From Abditibacteriaceae bacterium (GTDB lineage: Bacteria > Armatimonadota > Abditibacteriia > Abditibacteriales > Abditibacteriaceae), in the NCBI GenBank assembly GCA_031425655.1, contig JANPJS010000314.1:1-31250 (forward strand): 31,250 nucleotides of DNA, given 5' to 3'. Position numbers and translations under genes: made by a program. Below are positions 1-9,357 of the stretch, piece after piece. The notes under the pieces are model-generated. The model saw only the letters and a program-made list of their open reading frames with translations, was not told where the DNA came from and ran no database searches. The number at the start of each line of letters is the position of its first letter. Within the stretch, counting starts at the first letter, position 1.

Positions 1-138
1 CATCGCAACCCATCTCAATCACTTCGCACTCAAAGCCAAACTTTATCAAGCGGCCCTCCAAACCGCCTTTCGACAACTCAACGAACTCAAATCCAACCAC
101 GCAGCGGCCTCTATCACAGCCTGACCGCGTAAGGTGAG
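1..138 (+). mobile_element. Right end of an IS701-like insertion sequence
   Basis: Transposase stop is followed by a putative terminal IR GCGTAAGGTGAG (127-138), then TTAG (139-142), which fits the YTAR target typical of IS701. The left end is outside the window. Confidence 0.65.
2..124 (+). CDS. C-terminal fragment of an IS701-family-like transposase (truncated by window start)
   Basis: Manual translation of frame 2 gives IATHLNHFALKAKLYQAALQTAFRQLNELKSNHAAASITA* (TGA at 122-124). NHFALKxKLY resembles IS701-type transposase C-termini. Not in the ORF track. Confidence 0.75.
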   Translation: MATHLNHFALKAKLYQAALQTAFRQLNELKSNHAAASITA

Positions 139-150
139 TTAGCTTTTCAT

Positions 151-996
151 TTATGCGACAAAATTTTCCAGCGTGCCGATGCCTTCAATTTCGATTTGCA
201 CCACATCGCCGCTGCGAAGCGTGAAATCGTCGCCGGGCACCACGCCGGTGCCGGTCAGTAGAAACGCGCCTTGCGGGAACGTCAATTCGCGGAACAAGTA
301 AGCCGCGAGTTCTCGCGGCGTGCGGCGCATTTGCGCGGTCGAAGTTTCGCCTTCAAAAACCGTTGCGCCGTCGCGTGCGATGCTTAATCGAATACTTCGC
401 GGCGCGGCTTCGCCATCAATTAAAGCGATGCGCGGCCCCAGCGCGCAGGCGCCCTCGAAGACTTTGGCTTGCGGCAAATAAAGCGGGTTTTCGCCTTCAA
501 TCGAGCGCGATGACACGTCGTTGCCGATGGTATGGCCGACAATTTCGCCGCGCGACGATAATACCAAACACAATTCGGGTTCGGGCACGTCCCACGTCGA
601 ATCGCGCCGAATGCGAATCGCTTCGCCCGGCCCGACTACGCGGCGAGGCGTGGATTTGAAAAAGAGTTCGGGGCGCTCGGCGTCGTAAACCAAGTCGTAA
701 AAGTCGCCGCCGCCTTCGCTTTCTTCCATGCGCGCCACTTTCGAGCGCAAATACGTCACGCCGCAAGCCCACACTTCCTGCTCGTCAAGCGGCGCTAAAA
801 ACGCGACTTCATCCAGCGGAAATTCCCGCGCACGCGGCGCAGCTTCGCGCACAGCGGCGACGGGATCGGCTAAGGTCAGCCACGACGCGATGCCTGCAAA
901 GGCCGTTTCATCCGCCGAAGTCAAGTCGTAGTGCGCGCCTTCGAGTGTCAGGCCCACGCGCGGGCCGTTTGCAGAATTAAAGCGAAAAATGTGCAT
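151..996 (-). CDS. Fumarylacetoacetate hydrolase family protein, 2-keto-3-deoxy-pentonate dehydratase-like (XylX/KdaD type)
   Basis: Motifs EVWACGVTY, RPELFFK, VPEPEL, GNDVSSRSIEGENPLYLPQAK, LLTGTG. Start moved to ATG 996 (MHIFRF) because the 22-aa extension is read from the intergenic repeat. Confidence 0.88.
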   Translation of the reverse strand: MHIFRFNSANGPRVGLTLEGAHYDLTSADETAFAGIASWLTLADPVAAVREAAPRAREFPLDEVAFLAPLDEQEVWACGVTYLRSKVARMEESEGGGDFYDLVYDAERPELFFKSTPRRVVGPGEAIRIRRDSTWDVPEPELCLVLSSRGEIVGHTIGNDVSSRSIEGENPLYLPQAKVFEGACALGPRIALIDGEAAPRSIRLSIARDGATVFEGETSTAQMRRTPRELAAYLFRELTFPQGAFLLTGTGVVPGDDFTLRSGDVVQIEIEGIGTLENFVA

Positions 997-1008
997 GATG
1001 AAATTAAG

Positions 1009-1080
1009 AATTGAGAATGCAGAATAGTGAACGAAGAAACCGGACTGCATTTCTTCATTCACTATTCTGCATTCTCAATT
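1009..1080. repeat. Inverted repeat hairpin with weak heptamer periodicity
   Basis: AATTGAGAATGCAGAATAGTGAACGAAGAAA ... TTTCTTCATTCACTATTCTGCATTCTCAATT forms a ~31-bp near-perfect stem between two co-oriented genes. Confidence 0.9.
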
Positions 1081-1084
1081 CATG

Positions 1085-2527
1085 TTAATCCGCGCGTTCG
1101 ATAGAAATGGTTTTTGTCTGCGTGTAGAAGTCTTTGGCGGCTTGTCCCTGTTCGCGCGAAAAGGACGATGAGGCTTTCATGCCGCCGAACGGCGCCTGCG
1201 GTTCGACGCCCGCCGTTTCGCCGTTGACGCGCACTAATCCGGCTTCGATTTCGCGCGCGAAACGCAAAGCCTGATCTAAGTTGCGCGTGAAAACCGACGC
1301 CGACAAACCATACGCCACATCGTTGGCAACACGCAGCGCTTCGTCGAAATTCGGCACGCGCAAAACGGCTAAAACCGGGCCGAAAACTTCTTCCTGGGCG
1401 ATAGTCATGTCGGGCCGCACGTTGTCCAAAATGGCGGGCGCGAGATAATGACCGTGTGCCAGATCGCCGCGGTTTTCTAAAGCGCCGCCGCAGAGCAATT
1501 GCGCGCCCTCGGACTGCGCTTTTTCCAAGTTTTTCAGCACATTTTCGCGCGCCTGACTTGAAATCAGTGGGCCTAAATAGAATTGCGAATCGGTGCCCGG
1601 CCCGACTTTTAACTGCTTCGCACGCTCGACTAAGCGCCGCGTAAATTCGTCGGCGATGCTTTCGATGACGATAACGCGCGAAGTCGCTGTGCATTTTTCG
1701 CCCGCCGATTTCATAGCGCCTTGAATTGTCAGTTCGACGGCGCGGTCGAGGTTGGCGTCTTCTAAAACAACGACGGGATTTTTGCCGCCCATTTCCAGTT
1801 GATAGCGCAAACCGCGCTCAAGACAGCGGCGCGCGATGGCTTTGCCCGTCGCCACCGAACCGGTGAAGGAAATGCCGTTGATGCCGTTCGCTTCAACCAG
1901 AGCTTCGCCGCTTTCGCGCCCGCCCTGCACAAGATTAAAAACGCCCGCAGGCAGCCCGATTTCCTCGAAAACTTCCGCTAAAAGCTGCGCGGTTAAGGGC
2001 GAATGCTCAGACGGTTTCAGCACAACCGTATTGCCGTAAACGAGTGCCGGAGCCGCTTTCCACAACGGAATGGCGACGGGAAAATTCCAGGGCGTAATCA
2101 ATCCGACGACGCCCAACGGCACGCGCTCGGTGAAAAACAGCGTGCCCGCGCTGGCCGATGGCAACACTTCGCCGATAGCGCGCAAACCTTCGCCCGCGAA
2201 ATAGCGCAGCAGAACCGCGCCGCGTCCGGTTTCGCCCATCGCTTCGGGCAGCGATTTACCTTCTTCGCGCGTCAGCGCAGCGGCGATTTCGCCTTGTCGC
2301 GCAGCCAGTCGGTCGGCGGCTTTGAAGAGAAACTGCGCCCGCGCATCGGCGGACAGGGCACGCCAAGCCGGCAAAGCACGGCGCGCGGCCTCTGCTGCCG
2401 CCTGCACTTCGGCGGCATCCGAGGCCGGAAATTGCCCGATAATATCGCGCGTATCGGCGGGATTGCGCTTTTCAAAAGTCGCGCCTGTCGGCGTTGTCCA
2501 GTGTCCGTCAATGAAATGAGAAGTCAT
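1085..2527 (-). CDS. NAD(P)-dependent aldehyde dehydrogenase, 2,5-dioxopentanoate (KGSA) dehydrogenase-like
   Basis: ITPWNFP, LKPSE, FTGS, LEMGGKNP, GEKCTATSR (catalytic Cys), EEVFGPV, PFGGMKAS. Adjacent to the KDX-dehydratase-like gene. Start taken at ATG 2527 (MTSHF). Confidence 0.9.
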   Translation of the reverse strand: MTSHFIDGHWTTPTGATFEKRNPADTRDIIGQFPASDAAEVQAAAEAARRALPAWRALSADARAQFLFKAADRLAARQGEIAAALTREEGKSLPEAMGETGRGAVLLRYFAGEGLRAIGEVLPSASAGTLFFTERVPLGVVGLITPWNFPVAIPLWKAAPALVYGNTVVLKPSEHSPLTAQLLAEVFEEIGLPAGVFNLVQGGRESGEALVEANGINGISFTGSVATGKAIARRCLERGLRYQLEMGGKNPVVVLEDANLDRAVELTIQGAMKSAGEKCTATSRVIVIESIADEFTRRLVERAKQLKVGPGTDSQFYLGPLISSQARENVLKNLEKAQSEGAQLLCGGALENRGDLAHGHYLAPAILDNVRPDMTIAQEEVFGPVLAVLRVPNFDEALRVANDVAYGLSASVFTRNLDQALRFAREIEAGLVRVNGETAGVEPQAPFGGMKASSSFSREQGQAAKDFYTQTKTISIERAD

Positions 2528-2626
2528 GGAAATTCCAGCGCGCACTCACAATCCGGCGCGTCCGGCCAACAGTATGACAAGTTGTGAAGGTAGAATAAAA
2601 AGCGCACCTGCAATGAAAGGAATATT

Positions 2627-5215
2627 GTGATATTTTCGTCGCCGACCCGCCCGAAAACGGCCTTTGCCGTTTTATTCCTGCTTTTCTGCACTGTGGCCGC
2701 ACGCGCCGCGCAAATCACGCCGATTACACGCAACGAGACGACCAGCAAAATCACGCTGACGCTCGCCGCCAACGGCAAAGCTCTGCTGCCGATTGTGATT
2801 TCGGCCAAAGCCTCGGATGCCACCAAAGCCGTCGCGGGAGAACTGGCTGGGTATCTAAAACGCATTTCAGGCGCGACTTTTGAAATCACGACCGGCGATG
2901 GAAAATCCGGCATTGTGCTGGGCACGATGAACGATTTTCCGACTCCGGCACTGAATAAAGCGCTGGAAATCGTCAACGGCTTCGACGGCAAAGAAGCTTA
3001 CGCCATTCGCACGCGCGATAAAAAATTATTGCTGCTCGGCGCGTCGGATTTAGGCGCTTCGCACGCCGCGTTTCGTTTTCTTGAAGAACTCGGTTATCGG
3101 CATTTTTTCCCGGCGAAAGAATGGGAAATCGTGCCGCACATTGCCGATTTGAGCTTTAACCGCGACATCACCGACCGGCCCGCGATTTTGTCGCGCAATA
3201 TCTGGTTCGAGGCCGGTTCGGGCGGCGAACAGCAAAATCAGGATTACCGCGATTGGAAGCGACATAATTTTCAGGCGGAATCGTTTGTTTCCAACGCCGG
3301 ACACAATTTGTTTACCGTCGCCGAAATCAACAAGGCCGAATTCGATAAGCATCCCGAATATTACGCGCTTCGCAAGCAGGCCGACGGCACTTTTAAGCGC
3401 GATCCGGGCGGCTATCAACTGGAATTAGCTGATCCTGCTGTGCGCCGGATGGTCGTGGATTATGCGGTTGATTTCTTCAAGAAAAATCCCGGCGCCGACA
3501 TGGTTTCGCTTGATCCAGCGGATACGGCGGCGCATTCGGAAAGCCCCGAATCGTTGGCGATGGGCAGCGTTTCCGACCGCGTTTTCGGCATCGCTAACGA
3601 AGCCGCCAAAGCTCTGCAAAAAGCCTATCCGGGCCAGAATAAAATGGTCGGCGTGTTATCTTACAACGCGCACTGGGATCCGCCATCGTTCAAGCTGGAG
3701 CCGAATGTCCATGTTCAGCTCGCCGGCTTGGGACAAGGCAAATACACCAGTGCCGAACGCGATGAAATCTGGCCACAGCGCAGCAAAAACTTGGGTTTCT
3801 ACGAGTATTTTTCGGTCTGGCTGTGGAGCTACGACAAATTGCCCGGTTCGTGGACAAACGGCATTCACGGTGCGAAAAAGGCGATGCAAAGCCGCGTGGC
3901 GCGCAACGCGACGGCGATTTCCGCCGAAAGCACCAGCAGTTGGGGTTCCAACGGGCGCGGCTATTATGTCGTCAACCGCTTGATGTGGAATCCGGGCGCC
4001 GATGTGGACGCTTTAGCCAACGATTTTTACCAACGAGCTTTCGGAGCCGGCGCGCCCGCCATGAAGCGTTATTATCAGAGGCTCGACCCGGACAACGGCA
4101 TTTTCATGAGCGGCCATTTGCTCGGTCTGGCCTTCCGCGATGTCAACGAAGCCAGCAAAGCGACAGCAAACCGGGCCGATATTCAAGCCCGTCTCGACCA
4201 ACTCAAGCTGTATTTGCGCTTCGTGCAACTGGACTGGACGCAAAGCCGCGAAGGCATTCCCGACGACAAAAAAGCGGCACACTCAACGGCGATTATGACC
4301 AGTCTTTACCGTTCGCGCGCCTACGCCCTGACCTCGTGGGAAATGATTCGGCAGCAGTGGGGCGGCAATAAATCTCCCAGCGGCAAAGGCGAACGCGGCG
4401 ACGGCAGTATCGCGTGGGAAGACAACCGGCCTTTGACGCACGAGGAGATCGAAGCCGAGTTTCAAGACGGCGTGAAGCACTTCGCGTCCAAGATTCGCAA
4501 CGTCGGCGCGCAGCTTAAATTTTCAAGCGATGTCGTGCCCGTAGCGTGGCCGGGCGCACGCGCCGATGCCAATGTGGAAAGCCATCAATGGTATCAAGGC
4601 GGCGTGCGTTATCTGCTTTATTCGCTGCGCGGCGAGCCGCTGGAATTTACGACCGCAGCCGGCGACGCGTGGGGCGGCATCAACCGTTTCACGGTCACGG
4701 ATAGCAAAGGAACCGAGATCGCCAAAGGCCAGCCGAAAAACAAAGAAACGCTCGTCCACAAAATCGCCGTGCCCGCCGCCGGTTTGTATCAACTCGATTA
4801 CAACGACGGCGGCTCCTATTGGGAAATGACCGTCGCGCCTGGCAAAATCGTCACGATTCCCTTAGGCCAGACCAACGATTATCGCAACTCGAAAGTGATG
4901 CCGGAAATGTTTTTCTACGTGCCCAAAGGCAGCAAAAACATCGAATATTACTACACCAAAACCGCGTTTCATCCCGGCGGGCCACATAAAATTGTTGACC
5001 CAGCAGGCAAAGTCGTCAAAGACGTGGATGTGAACGGCGATTACGTTACGGTGCCCGTTCCCGCAGGTATGGACGGCAAGTTGTGGAGCTTCCGCGAGCC
5101 GGTTTTGGGCTTATTCTGGTTCAACAACGTGCCGAATTACTTCGCGGCCTCGCCCGCCGCGCTGCTCGTCCCGCGCGAAACCGCCATTAAAGACGGCCTG
5201 CCGATTCGCCGCTAA
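2627..5215 (+). CDS. Secreted DUF4838-like protein (glycoside hydrolase-like fold)
   Basis: 862-aa ORF with GTG start after AAAGGA, N-terminal signal peptide, GH20/67-like N-terminal domain (ELAGYLKRISGA, EAYAI, FLEELG), and HPEYYAL and LMWNP motifs. Confidence 0.7.
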   Translation: MIFSSPTRPKTAFAVLFLLFCTVAARAAQITPITRNETTSKITLTLAANGKALLPIVISAKASDATKAVAGELAGYLKRISGATFEITTGDGKSGIVLGTMNDFPTPALNKALEIVNGFDGKEAYAIRTRDKKLLLLGASDLGASHAAFRFLEELGYRHFFPAKEWEIVPHIADLSFNRDITDRPAILSRNIWFEAGSGGEQQNQDYRDWKRHNFQAESFVSNAGHNLFTVAEINKAEFDKHPEYYALRKQADGTFKRDPGGYQLELADPAVRRMVVDYAVDFFKKNPGADMVSLDPADTAAHSESPESLAMGSVSDRVFGIANEAAKALQKAYPGQNKMVGVLSYNAHWDPPSFKLEPNVHVQLAGLGQGKYTSAERDEIWPQRSKNLGFYEYFSVWLWSYDKLPGSWTNGIHGAKKAMQSRVARNATAISAESTSSWGSNGRGYYVVNRLMWNPGADVDALANDFYQRAFGAGAPAMKRYYQRLDPDNGIFMSGHLLGLAFRDVNEASKATANRADIQARLDQLKLYLRFVQLDWTQSREGIPDDKKAAHSTAIMTSLYRSRAYALTSWEMIRQQWGGNKSPSGKGERGDGSIAWEDNRPLTHEEIEAEFQDGVKHFASKIRNVGAQLKFSSDVVPVAWPGARADANVESHQWYQGGVRYLLYSLRGEPLEFTTAAGDAWGGINRFTVTDSKGTEIAKGQPKNKETLVHKIAVPAAGLYQLDYNDGGSYWEMTVAPGKIVTIPLGQTNDYRNSKVMPEMFFYVPKGSKNIEYYYTKTAFHPGGPHKIVDPAGKVVKDVDVNGDYVTVPVPAGMDGKLWSFREPVLGLFWFNNVPNYFAASPAALLVPRETAIKDGLPIRR

Positions 5216-5223
5216 GAGCTTTT

Positions 5224-5346
5224 AACCACGGATAAACACGGATGGACACGGATTTTGACGTATTGATTTTGCCTCGCGTATTTGACACCGCAAGGCACCG
5301 CTCACTTGTTATCTGTATCTGTGTGCATCCGTGTTTATCCGTGGTT
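5224..5346. repeat. Inverted repeat element with decamer-periodic arms (ACACGGAT type)
   Basis: AACCACGGATAAACACGGATGGACACGGAT (5224-5253) pairs with ATCTGTGTGCATCCGTGTTTATCCGTGGTT (5317-5346), 28/30 complementary. Confidence 0.9.
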
Positions 5347-5422
5347 TATTTCTTTGCTTGGCAACGGGGGCAACGGATTTGCGGTTTCGCGCGCCCGTCG
5401 TCCGAAAACGACATAAACCACT

Positions 5423-6820
5423 ATGAAACAGATCCATTTTTCCACACGCCAAAAAGCGATTTTTTTGGCAATCGGCGGCGTTGCTTGCGCCGCGACCGGC
5501 TTTCACCACTGGCAGGAAGCCCGCGCCGACGACCACACGCTTGAGGCTGCCGTGCTGCGCCATAACACCATGCAACGCGCCGCCGGCACAGTCAGTGTGT
5601 TAACCGGCGAGGCCGCGCGCGGCGATTGGACAACCGACGCTCCGGGCGTGCGCCGCCGCTTGACACCTCTCGATATGGACGCGCCCTACGCCACAAAGTC
5701 GGTGGATAACGGCCCGCGTATGATACCGCGTCCTGAAGGTGCTTGGCCCAAAGCGCCCAGCGGCTTCAAAGTCGAGCAATTCGCTACGGGCCTGAACAAT
5801 CCGCGCGTTATCGTGACCGCGCCCAACGGCGATCTTTTTATCGCCGAAAGCGGGCCGGGCCGCGTGCGAATTTTGCGCGATGGCGACGGTGATAACAAGC
5901 CCGAACTCAACGAAATTTTCGCCGAAGGACTGCGACAGCCGTTTGGCATCGCGTTTTATCCGCCGGGCAAAAATCCGCGCTTCGTTTATGTCGCCAATAC
6001 CGATTCTGTCGTGCGTTTTCCGTATCAAAACGGCGACGCTAAAGCTCGCGGCGCACAGGAAACCGTCGTAGATAACATCTCCGCCGGAGGTCGTTTGCGC
6101 GGCGGTGGACATTGGACGCGCGACATCGTTTTTTCGCCCGACGGCAAAAAAATGTTCGTTTCGGTCGGCTCTTTATCGAACGTGGACGAAAATAATGATC
6201 CGGAAGAAAAACGCCGCGCCCGCATCTTTGAATTCACGCCCGACGGCAAAAACGAGCGCGTTTTCGCGTGGGGCATTCGCAATCCGGTCGGATTGGCAAT
6301 TCACCCGCGCACCGGCCAATTATGGACTTCGGTGAATGAGCGCGACGGCATAGGCGATCATTTGGTGCCCGATTACGTGACGAGCGTTAAAGACGGCGGA
6401 TTTTATGGCTGGCCCTGGTTTTATATCGGCCCAAACCAAGACCCGCGCCACAAAGATAAACACCCCGAATTGAAAGACAAAGTCATCGTGCCGGATGTGC
6501 TGCTGCAATCGCATTCGGCTTCGCTTGACATGACTTTCTACGACGGAAAACAGTTTCCAAAAGCGTATGTGGAAGACGGTTTCGCCGCCGAACATGGCTC
6601 GTGGAATCGCGCGCGGCGCACCGGCTACAAAGTGGTTCGCATTCCGCTCAACAAAGGCAAAGCGACCGGTGAATATGAAGATTTTCTGACTGGTTTTGTT
6701 ACGCCGGAAGGCAACGTCTGGGGCCGTCCTGTCGGCGTGACTGTTGCTAAAGACGGCGCTCTACTCGTCACCGATGATGGCGCGAACAGCATTTGGCGCG
6801 TGTCTTACGCGGGCCGTTAA
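5423..6820 (+). CDS. PQQ-dependent sugar dehydrogenase (glucose/sorbosone dehydrogenase family)
   Basis: N-terminal hydrophobic export segment. Motifs GGHWTR, GIRNPVG, VNERDGIGD, FYGWPW, AEHGSWNR, GRPVGV, DGALLVTDD. Confidence 0.9.
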   Translation: MKQIHFSTRQKAIFLAIGGVACAATGFHHWQEARADDHTLEAAVLRHNTMQRAAGTVSVLTGEAARGDWTTDAPGVRRRLTPLDMDAPYATKSVDNGPRMIPRPEGAWPKAPSGFKVEQFATGLNNPRVIVTAPNGDLFIAESGPGRVRILRDGDGDNKPELNEIFAEGLRQPFGIAFYPPGKNPRFVYVANTDSVVRFPYQNGDAKARGAQETVVDNISAGGRLRGGGHWTRDIVFSPDGKKMFVSVGSLSNVDENNDPEEKRRARIFEFTPDGKNERVFAWGIRNPVGLAIHPRTGQLWTSVNERDGIGDHLVPDYVTSVKDGGFYGWPWFYIGPNQDPRHKDKHPELKDKVIVPDVLLQSHSASLDMTFYDGKQFPKAYVEDGFAAEHGSWNRARRTGYKVVRIPLNKGKATGEYEDFLTGFVTPEGNVWGRPVGVTVAKDGALLVTDDGANSIWRVSYAGR

Positions 6821-6838
6821 AAGGAACGTGGTAATATG

Positions 6839-6877
6839 AATTGGCCCGGTTTGCGGATGCAAACCGGGCCGATTTTT
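6839..6877 (+). terminator. Rho-independent terminator
   Basis: GGCCCGGTTTGC-GGAT-GCAAACCGGGCC is a perfect 12-bp stem followed by GATTTTT, about 20 nt after the stop codon. Confidence 0.8.
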
Positions 6878-6914
6878 GTCTATCGCGCGAGAAAAACGCG
6901 CCCTTAAATTACTT

Positions 6915-8165
6915 GTGAAACGAAATTCCGGCCTCACTTTCATCTTTATCACTCTGCTGATTGACATTCTCGGCATTGGGCTGCTGATTCCGATTTTGCC
7001 GGAGTTCATCGCGCAGCTCACGCAGCAAAGCCTCAGCGCCTCGGCGCGCGAATACGGCTTGTTGCTTTCGCTTTACGGCGCGATGCAGTTTCTTTTCGCG
7101 CCGCTTCTCGGCACTCTCAGCGACCAATATGGACGGCGCCCGGTTTTGCTGTTGTCCATGCTTTTCGCCGGATTCGATTACGTGCTGATGGCCCTTGCGC
7201 CGAGCATGGTCTGGCTTTATATAGGCCGCATTTTATCGGGCATTACCGGCGCCAGTTTTACCGCTGCCAACGCTTATATCGCCGATGTTAGCCCGCCCGA
7301 AGAGCGTTCGCAGAACTTCGGCTTAATCGGCGCCGCATTCGGCATCGGTTTCATCATCGGCCCGGCGCTGGGCGGTTTTTTGGGGCAATATGGGCATCGC
7401 GTGCCGTTCTGGGCCGCTGCGGTTTTGTGCTTTGCCAACTTTCTTTACGGCTGGTTTATTCTGCCCGAATCGCTGAAACCGGAAAATCGGCGGCGTTTTG
7501 AGTGGAAACACGCCAATCCGCTTGGCGCGCTGAAAATGCTGGGAAAATATCCCGTGGTGTGGGGTCTCACCGGCTCGCTGACGGCCAGCAATCTGGCGAT
7601 GAACTGCATCAACAGCACCTGGGTGCTGTTCACGATGATTCGCTTTGGCTGGGATGCGCGCCAAACCGGGTTCTCGTTGGCCGCATTCGGCTGCGTGGCG
7701 CTGGTTTATCAACTGTGGCTGGCGCGTATTCTCATCCCGCTGTGGGGCGAACGCCGCACCATGACAATCGGCCTGGCGACGGCAGCCCTTGAATTTGCGG
7801 CTTACGCTTTTTCCACGCAAGGCTGGATGATTTACGCGATCATGCTCATCGGCGGCGTGGGATTGTTGGGCGGGCAAGCGGTGCAAGGCTTACTTTCGCA
7901 GCAAGTCGGCGAAGACGAGCAGGGCACCTTGCAAGGCGCTTTGTCGAGTTTGCAAAGCTTGACCGGCATCGCCGGCCCGATCATCGCCACGGCTTTATTC
8001 AGCTATTTCACGCGCGAAAATGCCCCGATTCAGATTCCCGGCATCGCGTTTCTACTCGCGGCGGCGCTGAACGCTCTGGCGCTCGTTATAGCCTTGCGCG
8101 TGCTGGCGAAACTGCCGCCGCCTGCCGTGGAAATCAAAAGCGGCGGGGCATTGTCCGGCGAGTAA
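6915..8165 (+). CDS. TetA-like MFS efflux transporter (DHA1/TCR-Tet family)
   Basis: Motif [25 protein letters not shown], motif [30 protein letters not shown], about 12 hydrophobic segments. Start taken at GTG 6915, downstream of the terminator. Substrate cannot be determined. Confidence 0.88.
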   Translation: MKRNSGLTFIFITLLIDILGIGLLIPILPEFIAQLTQQSLSASAREYGLLLSLYGAMQFLFAPLLGTLSDQYGRRPVLLLSMLFAGFDYVLMALAPSMVWLYIGRILSGITGASFTAANAYIADVSPPEERSQNFGLIGAAFGIGFIIGPALGGFLGQYGHRVPFWAAAVLCFANFLYGWFILPESLKPENRRRFEWKHANPLGALKMLGKYPVVWGLTGSLTASNLAMNCINSTWVLFTMIRFGWDARQTGFSLAAFGCVALVYQLWLARILIPLWGERRTMTIGLATAALEFAAYAFSTQGWMIYAIMLIGGVGLLGGQAVQGLLSQQVGEDEQGTLQGALSSLQSLTGIAGPIIATALFSYFTRENAPIQIPGIAFLLAAALNALALVIALRVLAKLPPPAVEIKSGGALSGE

Positions 8166-8217
8166 GTTAGCCCTCAGAATTTCGCATTTGCTCGTATACG
8201 CTATCATTGCAAAAGCG

Positions 8218-8236
8218 GCATAATACAGAGTTCGGC
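8218..8236 (+). other. Putative integron attI simple site (crossover G|TT at 8230/8231)
   Basis: GCATAAT-ACAGA-GTTCGGC has the spacing of attI1 (CCCTAAA-ACAAA-GTTAGGC). GTTCGGCAGCTTG is the exact reverse complement of CAAGCTGCCGAAC (8978-8990) at the end of cassette 1. No attC hairpin lies upstream. Confidence 0.65.
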
Positions 8237-8270
8237 AGCTTGCGCGCGGCTTGCGCTGTGTGCCAAAACT

Positions 8271-8969
8271 ATGTGTATGGTTTCAGCAAACGTTCTTCAA
8301 AGAGTTTTCAGATTAAAATATGGGCAAAGCTGCGGCACTTGCTTCTCGGTTGATATTGATAACAGAGAATACATCGTCACTGCAAAACACGTTATTGAAG
8401 GATTCTCAGGTTCAGGAATAGTAGAAATCTTCCACGACAATAAATGGGTTCCAATCGCAGCACAGTTGGTCGGCGCTGGTGCAGGCGAAGTAGATGTAGC
8501 AGTTTTAAGTTTGGCACAACAATTAGCTCCAAACTGGCATCTCCCGCTGCCAGCAGACGATAAAGACATATTCTTTGGTCAAGACGTTTACTTCTTGGGA
8601 TTCCCCTACCACTTATTCACCGATATTGGACAAAACAACCGTAATTTTCCAATTCCCTTCATCAAAAAGGCTATTGTCTCAAGCATTTCCAAAGGTCAGC
8701 ATACAGCGCAACTTTACTACTTAGACGGCCATAACAATCCGGGCTTTTCAGGTGGCCCAATTGTGTTCACTATACCCGGCAGCCGTGACTTTCGCGTTGC
8801 CGCTGTCGTTTCTGGCTATCGTTTTGAGCAGGAATCAATTTATGCAGGAGAACAACAAACACCTTTGTCTTACCGATACAATACGGGATTAATTCTTGGT
8901 TATGGAGTTTTTCACGCAGTCGAACTGATTCAAGCCAATCCGATAGGGCTGCCAATGTCGTATTTATAA
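8271..8969 (+). CDS. Trypsin-like (S1) serine protease, cassette 1
   Basis: Catalytic triad motifs VTAKHV, DVAVL, NNPGFSGGP. No signal peptide. Start may be ATG 8277. Confidence 0.85.
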   Translation: MCMVSANVLQRVFRLKYGQSCGTCFSVDIDNREYIVTAKHVIEGFSGSGIVEIFHDNKWVPIAAQLVGAGAGEVDVAVLSLAQQLAPNWHLPLPADDKDIFFGQDVYFLGFPYHLFTDIGQNNRNFPIPFIKKAIVSSISKGQHTAQLYYLDGHNNPGFSGGPIVFTIPGSRDFRVAAVVSGYRFEQESIYAGEQQTPLSYRYNTGLILGYGVFHAVELIQANPIGLPMSYL

Positions 8970-8983
8970 CCAACCAACAAGCT

Positions 8984-9075
8984 GCCGAACAAGGCGCTGC
9001 ACCCGACCGCCTACAGCTTCGCTCGTCGTTCCTCCTCGCTACGCTTCCGGCGGCGGGTGAGCTTGGTCGTTCTGT
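8984..9075 (+). other. attC site 1 (92 bp)
   Basis: R'' GCCGAAC, L'' GCTGCACC with extra-helical G, central imperfect palindrome, L' GGTGAGC, R' GTTCTGT. Confidence 0.92.
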
Positions 9076-9113
9076 CGCGGCGAGCAATGTTCCGAAACCT
9101 GAGACAGAAAAAT

Positions 9114-9135
9114 GGTAAAATAAAAGGCGAAGAGG
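9114..9135 (+). promoter_or_regulatory. Extended -10 promoter and RBS of TA cassette 2
   Basis: TGGTAAAAT (TGn-TAAAAT) followed by AGAGGT shortly before ATG 9142. Confidence 0.5.
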
Positions 9136-9141
9136 TGCAAT

Positions 9142-9357
9142 ATGCAAACGCAGGAATTAATTGTTTCTTCGCCTGATATCTTAGGTGGCACACCCGTTTT
9201 TGTCGGCACCCGCGTTCCGGTCAGGAATCTAACGGATTACATCGAAGCAGGAGACACGCTGGATGAGTTTTTGGATGACTTTCCTTCGGTGTCACGAGAG
9301 CAAGCGGTTGAGTTTTTAGAACAGGCCAAGGAGGCTTTGCTTGCTCAACTCGTCTGA
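9142..9357 (+). CDS. DUF433 family antitoxin (VapB45-like), cassette 2
   Basis: PDILGGTPVFVGTRVPV...LDEFLDDFPSVSREQ is the typical DUF433 pattern. Overlaps the downstream PIN gene. Confidence 0.92.
   Translation: MQTQELIVSSPDILGGTPVFVGTRVPVRNLTDYIEAGDTLDEFLDDFPSVSREQAVEFLEQAKEALLAQLV

Noticed and set aside
997..1062. N-terminal ORF-track extensions (also at 10521, 11167, 25548, 30087, 31066)
   Set aside because: They run into repeats or neighbouring genes. Downstream starts fit family N-termini and RBS or promoter signals better.
5242..5575. ORFs 5242-5544 (+) and 5309-5575 (-)
   Set aside because: They are read through the decamer inverted repeat and overlap the real dehydrogenase gene.
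6915..8165. MFS gene as a bona fide tetA or as an integron cassette
   Set aside because: No tetR and no attC follow it, and its base composition is host-like. Family motifs do not establish tetracycline resistance.
8181..8207. TTCGCA...TATCAT as a Pc cassette promoter
   Set aside because: The 15-nt spacer and weak -35 box are not enough support.
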